Source of the DNA: an uncultured Acidobacteriota bacterium
GTDB taxonomy: Bacteria > Acidobacteriota > UBA4820 > DSQY01
Direction: 5' to 3'
NCBI GenBank assembly: GCA_963724125.1
Contig: CAVRTJ010000006.1
Location: forward strand, 17,780 to 81,779
DNA length: 64,000 nucleotides
Shown here piece by piece: positions 8,545 to 17,932 of this stretch (positions are counted from its first letter, which is position 1; each line of letters starts with the position of its first letter). Position numbers and translations under genes: made by a program. Below the pieces are notes generated by a model. That model saw only the letters and a list, made by a program, of their open reading frames with translations, did not search any database and was not told where the DNA came from.

Positions 8545-10617
8545 ATGAATAACCTGGGGAACTACGCCCTTTTCATAGCGCTGGGCCTGGCCGCCTGGGG
8601 AATAGTGTCGTCCTCCGTAAGCTACAGGACGAAGGACCTCCGCTATCTCAGGTCAGCCATCCGATCGCTGTACGGAATATGCGCCATGGTCCTTCTGGCC
8701 GTAGGCGTGCTGTGGGTCGCGCTGCTCCGTAACGACTTTACGCTCAAGTACGTGTGGGAGTACTCGCGGTCGACGCAGCCCACAATTTACAAGATCACGG
8801 CCCTCTGGGGTGGAATGAACGGCTCGATCCTATTCTGGTGCGCACTTCTCTCGATCTTCTCCGCGCTTGCCGTCAGCTTCAACAGGAGAAACAACCTCAA
8901 GCTTCTGCCGTTCACGACGCTGGTTCTCTTCCTGACACTTGGGTTCTTTCTTTTTCTCCTGAACTTCAAGACGAGTCCCTTTCTGCCCCTCCGGGACTCG
9001 GCGGGCATACTTATAAGCACCTATTCACCGCAGATGCTGGCGAGGATCCAAGGCAACGGGCTCAATCCCCTGCTCCAGAACGTCTACATGGCCATCCACC
9101 CTCCGATGCTTTACATGGGGTACGTGGGCTTCGCCGTCCCCTTCGCTTTCATCCTGGGAGCGCTGGCCCACAAAGAGCGCAACACCTTCTGGATGCGGTC
9201 GGCCAGGAACTGGGCCATGTATGCGTGGCTCGCGCTCGGGATCGGTATCCTGCTCGGCGGTTATTGGGCCTACATCGAACTCGGCTGGGGCGGATACTGG
9301 GCATGGGACCCGGTGGAGAACGCGTCCTTCCTGCCGTGGATAACCGGCACCGCGTTCATACACTCTTTTCTCATGCAGGAGAAGCGCGGCATCTACCGCT
9401 TCTGGAACGTCTTCTTCATAGTGGCGACCTTCATCCTCTCCATTTACGGGACGTTTCTGACACGCTCGGGCATCCTTCAGTCGGTCCACGCCTTCGGGCA
9501 GGAAGACCCCTCCATCCCATGGTTCTTCAGACTGGGGACGATCTTCCTGGCCTTCATGGCGGGCATGCTCATCTTGAGCTTCGGACTCATCCTCCGCAGA
9601 AAGAAGCTTCTCACCAGCGGCCAGACCCTGGAATCGGCAGGCAGCCGTGAAACCATGTTCCTCTATGCGAACATCCTTTTCGGCCTCATGGCCTTCGTGG
9701 TTCTTTTCGGCGTCACCAGCCCGATCTTCTATCGCATGGCCACACACCATGAACTCAGCCGGGGCCCCGAATTCTATAACCCCAGGATGATCCCCATAGC
9801 GCTTCTCGTGCTTCTCGTCATGGGCATCGCCTCCATAGCTCCGTGGCGACGCGGCGGCTGGGCAGCTTACAGAAGGCAGATCCTCATCCCCGGAATAGCT
9901 GGCCTTTCCGCCCTGTTGGCCTCGCTAGCGGCCTTCTTCTCGGGTGGCGCGGCATCCAGGGCGGACTTCGCCTCCAGGCCGCTGACTTACATTTATCTCT
10001 TCGCGTGCGTGTCCCTGGCGTTTTTTGTTTCGGGCATTCTGTTCGAGGAGTACACCAGAACGGTCAAGCACGCCCACGCCACGCGCGGATTGAGTGCCCT
10101 TAAGTCCCTTCTGGCCCCTTTCAGGGACAACCCGAGGCGATACGGCGGCTACATCGTTCACCTCGGAGTGGTCTGCCTCCTCCTGGGCATAGCGTTTTCG
10201 GCGACTTTCCAGCGGGAATACCAGGAGACCATGAAACCAGGCGACTCTGCCCTCTTCGGCCCTTACACGGTAAGGATGGCGGACCTGAACCACGACGACC
10301 TGAACTCGAACCTGCAAAAGGTCAATGAGGTCAAGATCTGGGCCGACCTCCAGGTCTATCGGGGGCCAAAGCTGGTTGCCCTCCTGCGCCCCGAACGCGT
10401 CTATTACGCCAGTAATCCAGAGCAGCCCACCTACGAGGTGGCCATCCATTCCACTCTGATGAGGGATTTCTATACCTTGATGGCCGGCTTCGACCTCAAG
10501 AACAACACGGCCATCATCGGCGCCTTCGTCAATCCCATGGTGGCGTGGCTCTGGCTGGGCGGAGTCTTTATACTGATCGGCGGCATCACCGCTCTCTTGC
10601 CCATGAGGAGGACATAG
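8545..10617 (+). CDS. ccmF: Cytochrome c-type biogenesis protein CcmF (heme lyase subunit).
   Basis: Trp-rich WWD motif region (WGGMNGSILFWCAL..ELGWGGYWAWDPVENASFLPWITGTAFIHS) and about 15 TM segments. 690 aa, intact. Confidence 0.9.
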   Translation: MNNLGNYALFIALGLAAWGIVSSSVSYRTKDLRYLRSAIRSLYGICAMVLLAVGVLWVALLRNDFTLKYVWEYSRSTQPTIYKITALWGGMNGSILFWCALLSIFSALAVSFNRRNNLKLLPFTTLVLFLTLGFFLFLLNFKTSPFLPLRDSAGILISTYSPQMLARIQGNGLNPLLQNVYMAIHPPMLYMGYVGFAVPFAFILGALAHKERNTFWMRSARNWAMYAWLALGIGILLGGYWAYIELGWGGYWAWDPVENASFLPWITGTAFIHSFLMQEKRGIYRFWNVFFIVATFILSIYGTFLTRSGILQSVHAFGQEDPSIPWFFRLGTIFLAFMAGMLILSFGLILRRKKLLTSGQTLESAGSRETMFLYANILFGLMAFVVLFGVTSPIFYRMATHHELSRGPEFYNPRMIPIALLVLLVMGIASIAPWRRGGWAAYRRQILIPGIAGLSALLASLAAFFSGGAASRADFASRPLTYIYLFACVSLAFFVSGILFEEYTRTVKHAHATRGLSALKSLLAPFRDNPRRYGGYIVHLGVVCLLLGIAFSATFQREYQETMKPGDSALFGPYTVRMADLNHDDLNSNLQKVNEVKIWADLQVYRGPKLVALLRPERVYYASNPEQPTYEVAIHSTLMRDFYTLMAGFDLKNNTAIIGAFVNPMVAWLWLGGVFILIGGITALLPMRRT

Positions 10618-10847
10618 TGCTTATCACGGTTATCAGCCTCGTCATAGCGGCAGGCGTCTTCCTTTGGATATTTGCGCCCCTCTTCGGGCAGCCCGAGCAG
10701 ATTCCTCAGCAGCGCGGCCGCGAGGAACTCATGTCCGCGGTGAACCGCTCCGTACACGAACTTGAAACGGACCTCAAGTTGGAGAAGATCCAACAAGAGG
10801 ACCTCGACGTCATACAAAAACACCTTGAGGAGGAATCCTCGTCCTAG
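10617..10847 (+). CDS. Small single-pass membrane protein with a C-terminal coiled-coil, translationally coupled to ccmF. Function unknown.
   Basis: GTG at 10617 overlaps the ccmF TAG. VLITVISLVIAAGVFLWIFAPLF TM segment, then a charged helical tail. Confidence 0.35.
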   Translation: MLITVISLVIAAGVFLWIFAPLFGQPEQIPQQRGREELMSAVNRSVHELETDLKLEKIQQEDLDVIQKHLEEESSS

Positions 10848-10856
10848 CGGGGGACC

Positions 10857-11918
10857 ATGAAAGCCCACATCCTTTGGACCGACCGGAGGACGCTCTCCCT
10901 TCTCGACCAGCGCCTTCTGCCGGGTGATGTTGTCTACCGGGAGTACGTACAGGCCGCCGACGTGGCGGACGCCATTCGAAGCATGGTGGTACGCGGGGCG
11001 CCGGCCATCGGTATTACCGCAGCCTACGCCATGGCTATATCTGCCTGGGCAGGCGTTGAAAAAGAATGCAATACGCGCGAATTCAAGCGCCTGCTCAACT
11101 CCGATGCCGACCTCCTGAAAGGAGCGCGGCCGACCGCAGTAAATCTGGCATGGGCCGTCGACAGGTTGACCTGTCTGGCCAAGGACCTCATCAAGAACGG
11201 AGCCGAGCCCGAGGACGTGGCCTTCGCCCTCGAGGAGGAAGCCGTCCAGATCCACAACGACGACATTGCGATGTGCAAGGCCATCGGGAAGCACGGCCAG
11301 CAGTTCGCCGCCAAGGGTTCCACCATCCTGACCCACTGCAACGCGGGCGCCCTGGCAACCGGCGGATACGGGACCGCGCTCGGGGTCGTCCGGGCCGCCC
11401 AGGAGGCTGGCAAGAGCATCAGCGTGTTCGCGGACGAAACGCGGCCCTTTCTCCAGGGAACCCGCCTTACGGCCTGGGAGCTTCAACAGGACGGCATTCC
11501 GGTAACCCTCCTCTGCGACAACATGGCCGGTTCCCTCATGGCGCGGGGACAAGTCGACCTGGTGGTCGTGGGCGCGGACCGGATAGCCGCAAACGGCGAT
11601 ACCGCCAACAAGATCGGCACCTATCCACTGGCCGTTCTCGCGGCCAGACACGGCGTTCCCTTCATCGTCGCCGCACCTTCCAGCACTTTCGATCCCGAGA
11701 CGGCGACCGGAGAAGGCATCCCCATCGAATACCGTCCGGAAGAAGAGGTCCTTTCCATCGGGCACGAACGACTCGCCCCTGCGGGTGTACCCGCCATCAA
11801 TCCAGCTTTCGACGTCACCCCGCACGAGTTGATCGAGGCTATCGTCACGGAGGAAGGCCCCATCTCTCCCGTTGACGAGGAGACGGTAGGAAACTTCCTG
11901 GCCCAAAACCGGCCATGA
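10857..11918 (+). CDS. mtnA: S-methyl-5-thioribose-1-phosphate isomerase (eIF-2B alpha/beta/delta family).
   Basis: Family motifs: RGAPAIGITAAYAM, ARPTAVNLAWAVDRL, TILTHCNAGALAT..GTALGVVRAA, RPFLQGTRLTAWEL, ADRIAANGDTANKIGTY. Confidence 0.8.
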   Translation: MKAHILWTDRRTLSLLDQRLLPGDVVYREYVQAADVADAIRSMVVRGAPAIGITAAYAMAISAWAGVEKECNTREFKRLLNSDADLLKGARPTAVNLAWAVDRLTCLAKDLIKNGAEPEDVAFALEEEAVQIHNDDIAMCKAIGKHGQQFAAKGSTILTHCNAGALATGGYGTALGVVRAAQEAGKSISVFADETRPFLQGTRLTAWELQQDGIPVTLLCDNMAGSLMARGQVDLVVVGADRIAANGDTANKIGTYPLAVLAARHGVPFIVAAPSSTFDPETATGEGIPIEYRPEEEVLSIGHERLAPAGVPAINPAFDVTPHELIEAIVTEEGPISPVDEETVGNFLAQNRP

Positions 11919-12961
11919 CTTACCTGCTCGGACTGGAAAGCTCCTGCGACGACACTTCTGCGGCCGTTCTGGACAGCGAAGGTCGCGTCAAGTCGAACGT
12001 TCTGGCCTCCCAGGATGCCGTTCACGCCCCCTACGGCGGCGTGGTACCGGAACTGGCGAGCCGACAGCACCTCCGCAACATGACCGGAACCGTACAAAAC
12101 GCCCTCCGGAAAGCGGGCATCGACAAGGAGGACCTTTCGGCCGTGGCCGTCACCGTCGGCCCGGGCTTGCTCGGTAGCCTGCTGGTGGGCGTCTCCTATG
12201 CCAAGGCTCTCGCGTGGGGCCTCTCAATACCCGTCTACGGGATCAACCACGTTCAGGCCCACCTCCGATCGCCCTGGATCGAAAACCCCGATCTTCCATA
12301 TCCCAGCCTTGGATTGGCGGTTTCCGGCGGGCATTCGCACCTTTTCCTCTGCTCTTCCCCCGAGCACGTCACCATGGTCGCCCGCACCCGCGACGACGCC
12401 GCCGGAGAGGCGCTGGATAAACTCGCCAAGCGTCTAAACCTCCCCTACCCGGGCGGGCCGGTTATCGACAGGCTCTCTTCTCGAGGGGATTCCAAAGTCG
12501 TACCCTTTACCCTGCCGCGCATGGCCTCTGGTTCTCTGGATTATTCGTTTTCGGGATTGAAAACGGCTGCGCTTCATTACATGATCTCCAATGGACTCGA
12601 ACCTGCGCCCAGGCCGAACCTCGAGGAGCTTCCGCAGTGGGAGTACGACCTCCTCGCATCCTTCCAGAAACGGGTCGTCGACCACCTCCTTCAGCGCGTC
12701 AAAAAGGCCGCGCTGATTTACCGCCCCGCATCCCTGGTAATGGCAGGAGGGGTGGCCTGCAACAGCCTCCTGCGCGGTAGGTTCGCGACGCTCGGGGAAG
12801 ATCTCGGAATTCGGACGGGCTTCCCAAGTCCACGCTTTTGCTCCGATAATGGTGCCATGATAGCTTTTTACGCCCATTCGACGGCCGCCCACAGAAAGCC
12901 GGCCGGCCTCGAGCTCGACGCCTTTCCGACCGTTAGGTGGGAACAGGCGGCCGCCCTCTGA
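11915..12961 (+). CDS. tsaD: tRNA N6-adenosine threonylcarbamoyltransferase.
   Basis: MTYLLGLESSCDDTSAAVL..GGVVPELASRQH..VTVGPGLLGSLLVGVSYAKALAW..PVYGINHVQAHL. Start overlaps the mtnA stop. Confidence 0.9.
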   Translation: MTYLLGLESSCDDTSAAVLDSEGRVKSNVLASQDAVHAPYGGVVPELASRQHLRNMTGTVQNALRKAGIDKEDLSAVAVTVGPGLLGSLLVGVSYAKALAWGLSIPVYGINHVQAHLRSPWIENPDLPYPSLGLAVSGGHSHLFLCSSPEHVTMVARTRDDAAGEALDKLAKRLNLPYPGGPVIDRLSSRGDSKVVPFTLPRMASGSLDYSFSGLKTAALHYMISNGLEPAPRPNLEELPQWEYDLLASFQKRVVDHLLQRVKKAALIYRPASLVMAGGVACNSLLRGRFATLGEDLGIRTGFPSPRFCSDNGAMIAFYAHSTAAHRKPAGLELDAFPTVRWEQAAAL

Positions 12962-12978
12962 TCGGATAGGAGCTGACC

Positions 12979-13278
12979 ATGTACCATTTGCTGACCGACA
13001 AGCAGATCGAAAGTAACATGAAGGACCTCGAGGGATGGGTTGCGAAAGACAAGTCCCTCACCAGGCACTTCCGCTTCGAAGGCTACATGGATGCACTCAA
13101 GTTCGTCGAGGCCGTTGCGGTTGACGCAGAATCCCGTGATCACTACCCCGACGTTCTTTTCAAGTACCTCGAAGTGGTCATAGTGCTCTCATCCCACGAC
13201 GGTGAAGGAATGACTGAAATGGACTTCATTTCAGCCAGGGCGATCGATAAACTGGCGGCGACTTTCAACGCCGGCTAG
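12979..13278 (+). CDS. 4a-hydroxytetrahydrobiopterin dehydratase (pterin-4a-carbinolamine dehydratase).
   Basis: LEGWVAKDKSLTRHFRFEGYMDALKFVEAVAVDAESRDHYPDVLFKYLEVVIVLSSHDGEGMTEMDF matches the PCD/DCoH fold motifs. Confidence 0.8.
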   Translation: MYHLLTDKQIESNMKDLEGWVAKDKSLTRHFRFEGYMDALKFVEAVAVDAESRDHYPDVLFKYLEVVIVLSSHDGEGMTEMDFISARAIDKLAATFNAG

Positions 13279-13427
13279 GCCGTCCCGCAGAGGTCCACGG
13301 CATCCCCCCGCTTTGCCGAAAACCGAGGAATATCTGTCCCCTGTCCAACTCATTGGTCTACCTGGCCTTAGCTCCCGGATGGCCCCGCATGCCCCACCAG
13401 TTGCCCACAACGCCAGCCCTGTTGGAT

Positions 13428-13455
13428 TTGACTCTGCCCCGAAAATCTGTATAAT
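13428..13455 (+). promoter_or_regulatory. Candidate sigma70 promoter for tRNA-Lys (TTGACT, 16-nt spacer, TATAAT).
   Basis: Near-consensus hexamers ending about 7 nt before the mature tRNA 5' end. Confidence 0.45.
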
Positions 13456-13462
13456 TGCCCAC

Positions 13463-13538
13463 GGACCGCTAGCTCAATTGGTAGAGCAGCGGACTCTTAA
13501 TCCGTTGGTTCGGGGTTCGAGTCCCCGGCGGTCCACCA
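13463..13538 (+). tRNA. tRNA-Lys (anticodon CTT), with encoded CCA.
   Basis: Cloverleaf read by hand. Acceptor GGACCGC/GCGGTCC, D-arm GCTCAATTGGTAGAGC, anticodon loop CTCTTAA, T-arm CGGGGTTCGAGTCCCCG, ACCA end. Confidence 0.9.
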
Positions 13539-13960
13539 GGCAGAATGATCCCAGGGAGGCGCAGCCTCCCTTTTTTGCTGTATACGGCATCGGTCTGCAC
13601 GAGGGAGCGAGAAGGGCGGGGTTTTCCGTGGTTTTTGAGGTGCAGGCGCCAACTGCTTGGCGCCGCGCCCCCCGCCCCGGGAACCACAGCTTCCCTTGAA
13701 ACGCAGCGAACCGTGCGAACGAGGCTTCTAGGAAAGGTCGGTTCGAGTCCCCGGCGGTCCACCAGGCAGAATGCCCCAGGGAGGCGCAGCATCCCTTTTT
13801 TGCTGTGCACCGCATCGGCCTGCACGATTGAGCGAGAAGGGTGGGGGGCGCCCATGGTTTTCCCGACGCGGACCCCAACTGCTTGGCGACGCGTTTTCTT
13901 AGCCCCGAAAGGCCCCCCGCTCCGGAAACGCTCGCTGCCCTTGAAACGCCATGCCTTCAG
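13514..13960. repeat. Tandem duplication, two units of about 225 bp at roughly 80% identity. Each unit begins with the tRNA-Lys T-arm/3' end, including the terminator-like segment.
   Basis: GGTTCGAGTCCCCGGCGGTCCACCAGGCAGAATG..CCCAGGGAGGCGCAGC..TCCCTTTTTTGCTGT recurs at 13514 and 13739. CCAACTGCTTGGCG(C/A)CGCG recurs at about 13648 and 13875. CCCTTGAAACGC recurs at about 13694 and 13938. Confidence 0.6.
13554..13577 (+). terminator. Rho-independent terminator after tRNA-Lys.
   Basis: GGGAGGC-GCAG-CCTCCC hairpin followed by TTTTTT. Confidence 0.6.
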
Positions 13961-14114
13961 AACGCGCCATCGGGTATGGTGAAGAGGGCGATATTCGCGC
14001 GGACAATCCCCCCTCCAGGCGCAGGACGGCTTACGACTTTTTCCTTTTCTTTCACGCCTTTACTTGCCTGCAGGCCCGAATGCGCGCTATAATAATTCGC
14101 CTTCTGGAGGGGTT

Positions 14115-14651
14115 ATGCCTCGTCGGTTTCTGGTGCGTGCTGCTTTTCGCAGCGTCGTTATATGTGCGCTCTCCCTGCTGTTCGCGATCGTGTTGTTTCA
14201 CTTCATCTTTCAACCCTTTCAGGTCTCCGGTTTGAGCATGGTGCCGACGTTGGAGAACCACGACTACATACTCATCGACCGCGTATTCTCTCGGGACGAC
14301 GATATCCAGAGGGGCGAACTCGTTGTTTTCCGGCTGAAAAGCCGCGGTCCATTCATTGTCAAGAGGGTGGTCGGCCTTCCCGGCGAGAAGCTTCAGATCA
14401 GGCGGGGGCGCTTGTACATCGACGGCAGGCACATCTCGTCTCTTGACGAAAAGATGTCCGCTCGCTCACACTTCGGTCCCGTCGTTGTTCCTCGCGGAAC
14501 CTATTTCTGCCTCGGGGACAACCGCGCGGTCAGCCTTGACAGCAGAGCGTTCGGGCCCGTTAAGGCATCGAGTATTTACGGCAAGGTGCTGCTGAGGTAT
14601 CTGCCACTCAGGCAGGGTTCGTTGCTTGAGAGGCAAATCGATGCGAAATGA
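14115..14651 (+). CDS. lepB: Signal peptidase I.
   Basis: S26 motifs GLSMVPTL (catalytic Ser box), VKRVVGLPGE, CLGDNRAVSLDSR (box E). N-terminal TM anchor. Confidence 0.85.
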   Translation: MPRRFLVRAAFRSVVICALSLLFAIVLFHFIFQPFQVSGLSMVPTLENHDYILIDRVFSRDDDIQRGELVVFRLKSRGPFIVKRVVGLPGEKLQIRRGRLYIDGRHISSLDEKMSARSHFGPVVVPRGTYFCLGDNRAVSLDSRAFGPVKASSIYGKVLLRYLPLRQGSLLERQIDAK

Positions 14652-14684
14652 GAGCGTCCTAGTGGTCCTCTTCACAGGGGGGTA

Positions 14685-15802
14685 TTGCCGGTGAGCCTGT
14701 CCACTACTCAGCTGCAGGGGGACTTCTCGCAGCTGGGTCTTCCCGAGATCCTCGACTATGTCACGACCACGGGCAGAACGGGCGTTCTGCTCCTACGCAA
14801 CGGGGCGGTTACAAAGACACTTCATTTCAAGAGCGGCATCGTGGTGTTCGCCTCTTCCAACGTTTCCGAAGAACGTTTCGGCGAGATGCTCCTGCGCGAA
14901 GGCAAAATCACGAAAGAACAGTTCGACGAGGCGAGTAAACACGTCACACGCGGCAAGAGGCTCGGCAAAATACTCGTCGAGATGCAGGCCCTCTCTCCCA
15001 AGGAGCTCTGGAACGAGGTGCGCCGCCAGGTCCAGGAAATCGCCTATTCCGTTCTCCAGTGGGATTCGGGGGCTTTCCAGTTTTTCGAAGGCGAAGAGCG
15101 GACCGGAGAAAACATCACAACGTCACTGACCGTCCCCGAACTGCTCCTGGAGGGTTTGAGGCGGATAAAAACTCCGGACCTTTTCGACGAGCGCATACCC
15201 AAGAAAGACGTCGTATTTGAGCGCGTTCTGCCCGCCCACAGGCCGTCGGGGCTCCATTTCGAAGAGTATGAAAAGCACGTGTTCAAGCTCGTCGACGGAT
15301 CGAGGAGCGTCCAGGAAATCTGCGATTTGAGCGAAATCGGCGAATTCGAGACGCTCAAGACCCTCTTTATCTTCTTCACCATAGGGTATCTTCACGTGAA
15401 GGGGCGCAAGGACCGATTCGAGGAAGAACAGCGCGAGATGCGCGAACTCTCCGATCTCATCAGGAACTACAATGAGATGTTTTCCTTTATGTACCATTAC
15501 CTATTGCGGGAGATAGGCCCGATCGCGGAGAATATCCTCGAAAAATACCTTGGACGTCTAAGACGGCCCAACCCGAGGTATTCGGCAGGGTCACCATCCG
15601 TTCAAACGGTGCGCTTTCAGAAGAGCGGATTCTTGAGAACATGATGGAACTTCAGGGAGATCGTTCCGCCATTCTCGTGCAAGCCCTGAACGAATATCTC
15701 TATTCGGCACTCCTGGCGATCAGGAGGACGCTCGGCTCCGATCACGAATCCAAGGTCATGCAGACCCTCCGAAGCACTCGAAAAGACCTGTTCCGTGGGT
15801 GA
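14685..15802 (+). CDS. DUF4388 domain protein (PATAN-type response-regulator-like N-terminal domain) with one frame disruption near 15570.
   Basis: N-terminal QLQGDFSQLGLPEILDYVTTTGRTGVLLLRNG is the DUF4388 signature. After RRPNP the sensible reading continues in another frame (EVFGRVTIRSNGALSEERILENMMELQGDRSAILVQALNEYLYSALLAIRR..KDLFRG, stop at 15800). Confidence 0.55.
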
Positions 15803-16751
15803 ACCCGATACCCGTACCCGCCCGGTGGGGCAGTTACTCGGCATCGTCGGACCCACCGCCGCAGGCAAAAGCGCATTTGCCCTGGAAGTAGCCACACGCT
15901 TCGGCGGGGAGATCGTCTCCTGCGATTCCATGGCGGTCTACCGCAGACTGGACATAGGGACCGACAAACCCTCGCCTGCCGATCGCGAACGCATCCCCCA
16001 TCACCTCGTCGACGTCGCCGAACCTGGATCGTACTACTCGGCCGGAGCTTTCAGGCGGACCGCGCTCGGCGTAATGCAGGACATTTGGAGCCGCAACAGG
16101 CTGTGCGTCCTGGTCGGAGGCACTGGGCTCTATTACAGGGCCCTCACGCAGGGCCTTATTGCAGTCCCCGGCCGACAGGAGGACCTGAGACAACGCCTGC
16201 AGGCGCGCATCCGCAAAAACGGTCCAGAGAGGCTTCATCGCGTTCTCGCCCGCTTCGACCCCTAACCGCCGCCCGAATAGGCACACGCGATTCCTTGAGA
16301 ATAGTGCGAGCGATGGAAGTGTTCATTGCAACCGGCAAGCCCCTATCGCAATGGATCACCGAGACTCCATTCGGAAAGAGGGCCATTCCGGGACTGAGAC
16401 TTGGTTTCGGCGCCACGGGAATTCCTTTACGATAGAATCGAGAGCAGAGTCGACGAGATGATGAGGCGGGGATTGCTCAAGGAGGTGAAGGCACTCCACC
16501 GGGAGGGTGTGCTCACAGGCCCGGTCAGGAAAGCCATAGGTTACATGGAATTAGCGGCCGTTCTAGAGGGTTTGATAAGTCTTGATGAGGCAGTCGCTCA
16601 AATCAAACGGCATTCGAGACGCCTCGCAAAGCGGCAAATGACATGGTTTAGAAAAGAAACCGACATTAAATGGGTCGAAATCGATAAGGAGGCCTGGAAA
16701 AATGATGCAATGGAATTCATCAAAAGATGGTCCGAAAAAACCGGCCGCTAA
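15795..16751 (+). CDS. miaA: tRNA dimethylallyltransferase MiaA, split over three frames (shifts near 16260 and 16420).
   Basis: P-loop GIVGPTAAGKSAFALEVA, DSMAVYRRLDIGTDKP in frame 0. Then DSLRIVRAMEVFIATGKPLS in frame 2. Then REFLYDRIESRVDEMMRRGLLKEVKAL..AIGYMEL..IKRHSRRLAKRQMTWFRKE back in frame 0. Confidence 0.75.
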
Positions 16752-17055
16752 TCGTGAAGTCAACATCCAAAACCAGATACTCAATTTCGTACGGAAGGAC
16801 AGGGCTCTCATTACAATCTTTCTGGTAAGCGGCAAGAAATTCGTCGGCCAGGTGCTTGGCTTTGACCGCTACACAATCCACATCCGCGGGCGCGATTACG
16901 ACCAGATCGTTTTCAAACACGCCATCACAAACGTGTCGGTTCCCCGGCATATCATGCAGAAGCTTCAAGGCGTGGAGGGCGAAGACGACATGGGCTTGGA
17001 TTCCGATTTCGACACCCGCGACGTCACCAGGGGGGAAGACGATCCCGTTTCATGA
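16702..17055 (+). CDS. hfq: RNA chaperone Hfq.
   Basis: Sm fold QNQILNFVRKDRALITIFLVSGKKFVGQVLGFDRYTIHI..QIVFKHAITNV and an acidic C-terminal tail. AAGGAGG RBS at 16686. Conserved miaA-hfq order. Overlaps the miaA 3' end by 50 nt. Confidence 0.9.
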   Translation: MMQWNSSKDGPKKPAANREVNIQNQILNFVRKDRALITIFLVSGKKFVGQVLGFDRYTIHIRGRDYDQIVFKHAITNVSVPRHIMQKLQGVEGEDDMGLDSDFDTRDVTRGEDDPVS

Positions 17056-17061
17056 CGAGCC

Positions 17062-17107
17062 GCCCCTCCCCGGACCGTCGGGCCGTGGGAGGGGCTTGTT
17101 GATTTGT
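17062..17107 (+). terminator. Rho-independent terminator downstream of hfq.
   Basis: GCCCCTCCC ... GGGAGGGGC inverted repeat followed by a T-rich tract (TTGTTGATTTG). Confidence 0.6.
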
Positions 17108-17135
17108 AGAAAGCGATTCGCCGAGGGGGGACAGG

Positions 17136-17789
17136 ATGGGCACGGACCTCCTGAAGAAAGTCGAGTTTTTCATCCCTTGATCGCCTGCAACTCGGGGCCA
17201 TCCTCAAAGTCGCTGAGACACGGCTCTTCCCGAAAAACACCATTATCTTCCACCGGGGCGAGCCCGGCGACAGCCTCTACGTCATACTCAGCGGGCGCGT
17301 CAAAGCCATACTGATCGGAGAGGACGGGAGGAGTAACCCTCGCCTTTCTCCGCGGGCGAGATAGTAGGCGAAATGGCCCTTTTCGATCCCGGAGAGCACA
17401 GGTCGGCCACCGTCGTGACCGTAGAGCCTTCCGAACTGATGATGCTCACGCGGGAACAGTTCATGCGGGCCATCCCAGCCAACCCCACCATAGCCCTCTC
17501 CGTCATGAAAACGCTTGCCCGTGGGTCAGGGAAACCTCCAAAAGAGTGGGCGACCTGATCTTCCTGGACACCTTCAGCCGACTCGCGCGCTACTTGATGG
17601 AACTCGCGCAGAAGGAAGGCCACCCGTTGGCAGAGGTCCACGCTCATCACCCGCCCCACCCAGGAGGAAATCGCTCATTTCATAGGCGCCAGCCGCGAAA
17701 CCGTCAACCGGGTTCTCAAGGAACTCGAAAATCAGGGATTCATCCGGCTCGTCAGGCGCAAGATCATCATCTATCGCACTCTGCCCTGA
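17136..17789 (+). pseudogene. Crp/Fnr-family transcriptional regulator (cNMP-binding plus HTH) interrupted by 3-4 frame changes.
   Basis: Pieces in three frames: LDRLQLGAILKVAETRLFPKNTIIFHRGEPGDSLYVILSGRVKAILIGEDGRE, VTLAFLRAGEIVGEMALFDPGEHRSATVVTVEPSELMMLTREQFMRAI, DLIFLDTFSRLARYLMELAQKEGHPL, and the HTH EIAHFIGASRETVNRVLKELENQGFIRL. Confidence 0.7.
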
Positions 17790-17932
17790 CCGTCCCGCCC
17801 GACCCGCAGACGTCCTTCGCGCACGCACCTCCTAGCTTGCGGATCGCTCGATCACCATTAGCTGAACCCCTTCAATCCCAAGTCGCTCGCATGCTATAGT
17901 ATCTTTTGTAATTCCACCAATGGAGGGGTCTT

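Noticed and set aside
13313-13982. Several 128-145-aa ORFs on both strands across the tRNA-Lys and tandem-repeat region.
   Set aside because: They run through a tRNA gene, a terminator and duplicated non-coding sequence. No RBS and no protein-like composition.
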